From Octopus sinensis (lineage: Eukaryota): 6,995 bases of DNA. The translations under genes and the position numbers were made by a program. Below the pieces are notes generated by a model. It was not told the origin of the DNA, made no database searches, and saw nothing but the letters and a program-made list of their open reading frames with translations. This document shows positions 6,358 through 6,995 of this stretch, in pieces. The DNA lies in contig NW_021829079.1 in NCBI RefSeq assembly GCF_006345805.1, positions 1 to 6,995 on the forward strand, in the 5' to 3' direction. The first letter of the stretch is position 1. Each line of letters opens with the position of its first letter.

Positions 6358-6661
6358 GCATACCTCAAATTACGTCATTTCGTGTCGTGTATTTTTCAAC
6401 TTTTAGTTTTTTTCTTTTTAAGAAATCCATGGAAAAAAAACCTCAATTTCAGTCGATTTATTCGTCATTTAAAAGAATACAAATAAAAAATATATCACCT
6501 GAAAATCCAACTCTGAAATAGAAAACCAAATAAAGTACATGTGAAAATATGTACAGATCATTTATTAAAATAGATATAAAGTAAAAAAAAATTTTTCCGC
6601 GTTACGTCTTTTTTCAACTTAAAATCGCATACCTTGGAACCAGATGTATTTTGAGGTCTGC
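6358..6661. mobile_element. Putative MITE-like insertion bounded by imperfect 19-bp inverted repeats
   Basis: gcatacctcaaattacgtc (6358-6376) versus the reverse complement of 6643-6661, gcagacctcaaaatacatc, match at 16/19. The interior is very AT-rich and non-coding, and removing it roughly restores the array period. No clear TSD. Confidence 0.4.
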
Positions 6662-6995
6662 TTATATGCGTTAATAATTTCATTTTCCACCGGGAGGAGG
6701 CTGGCATTTTTAACGTTCAAAGTCGTCTTATACGCTGCTATACAGAGAAATCATTGCAAATTCTCTTCATATTCTGTTTGCTCCAACAAAAATTTCTCTT
6801 CATCTTTGCAGCTTGATAGCGAGAGATTATGAAATATTAAAGAATCGTAATGAACTTCGACTCAATTATATTGGACGAATTGTGTTAATTGCGATCTCTC
6901 CTTCAATATTTATCCTTTCTGCAGAACTCTCAATGGACAAGCATTGCCATATTCTCAGGTTTTCTCTTAGAAATTCCTTCTGAACTAAGTTACTT

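Larger units (their letters stand above)
5688..6745 (+). repeat. Decayed ~77-bp tandem repeat array (about 7 units) interrupted by two insertions
   Basis: The G-rich anchor recurs at 5698, 5775, 5853, 5929 and 6006 (spacing 77, 78, 76, 77), then at 6307 and ~6693. The motif GTCRTCTTATA appears at 5881, 5957, 6334 and 6722. Confidence 0.7.

Noticed and set aside
5967-6832. ORFs 5967-6176 and 6644-6832
   Set aside because: They cross array/insert boundaries, are short, and show no recognisable family features.

Overview
This is AT-rich, microsatellite-dense eukaryotic non-coding DNA (intron or intergenic). I recognise the repeats from memory as Octopus/coleoid cephalopod-type tRNA-derived SINEs; that host assignment is unverified. 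No protein-coding gene can be supported, and most listed ORFs are translated microsatellites or antisense frames of decayed elements. The window holds about ten SINE copies or fragments from two families, the decayed 3' end of a non-LTR (RTE-like) reverse transcriptase at ~4701-5225 (-), a weak Ty3/gypsy-like pol remnant next to it, and many simple repeats. The first notable structure is a 1-kb spacer-free stack of five same-orientation SINE copies (2778-3810). These appear inserted into each other's tRNA-like promoter heads, twice at exactly the same A-box position, and CpG decay roughly matches the nesting order. The second is a decayed tandem array with a 76-78 bp period (~5688-6745), interrupted by a 223-bp (ATT)-tailed insert and a ~304-bp TIR-bounded insert; removing them approximately restores the period. 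A few possible small exons are flagged at low confidence.
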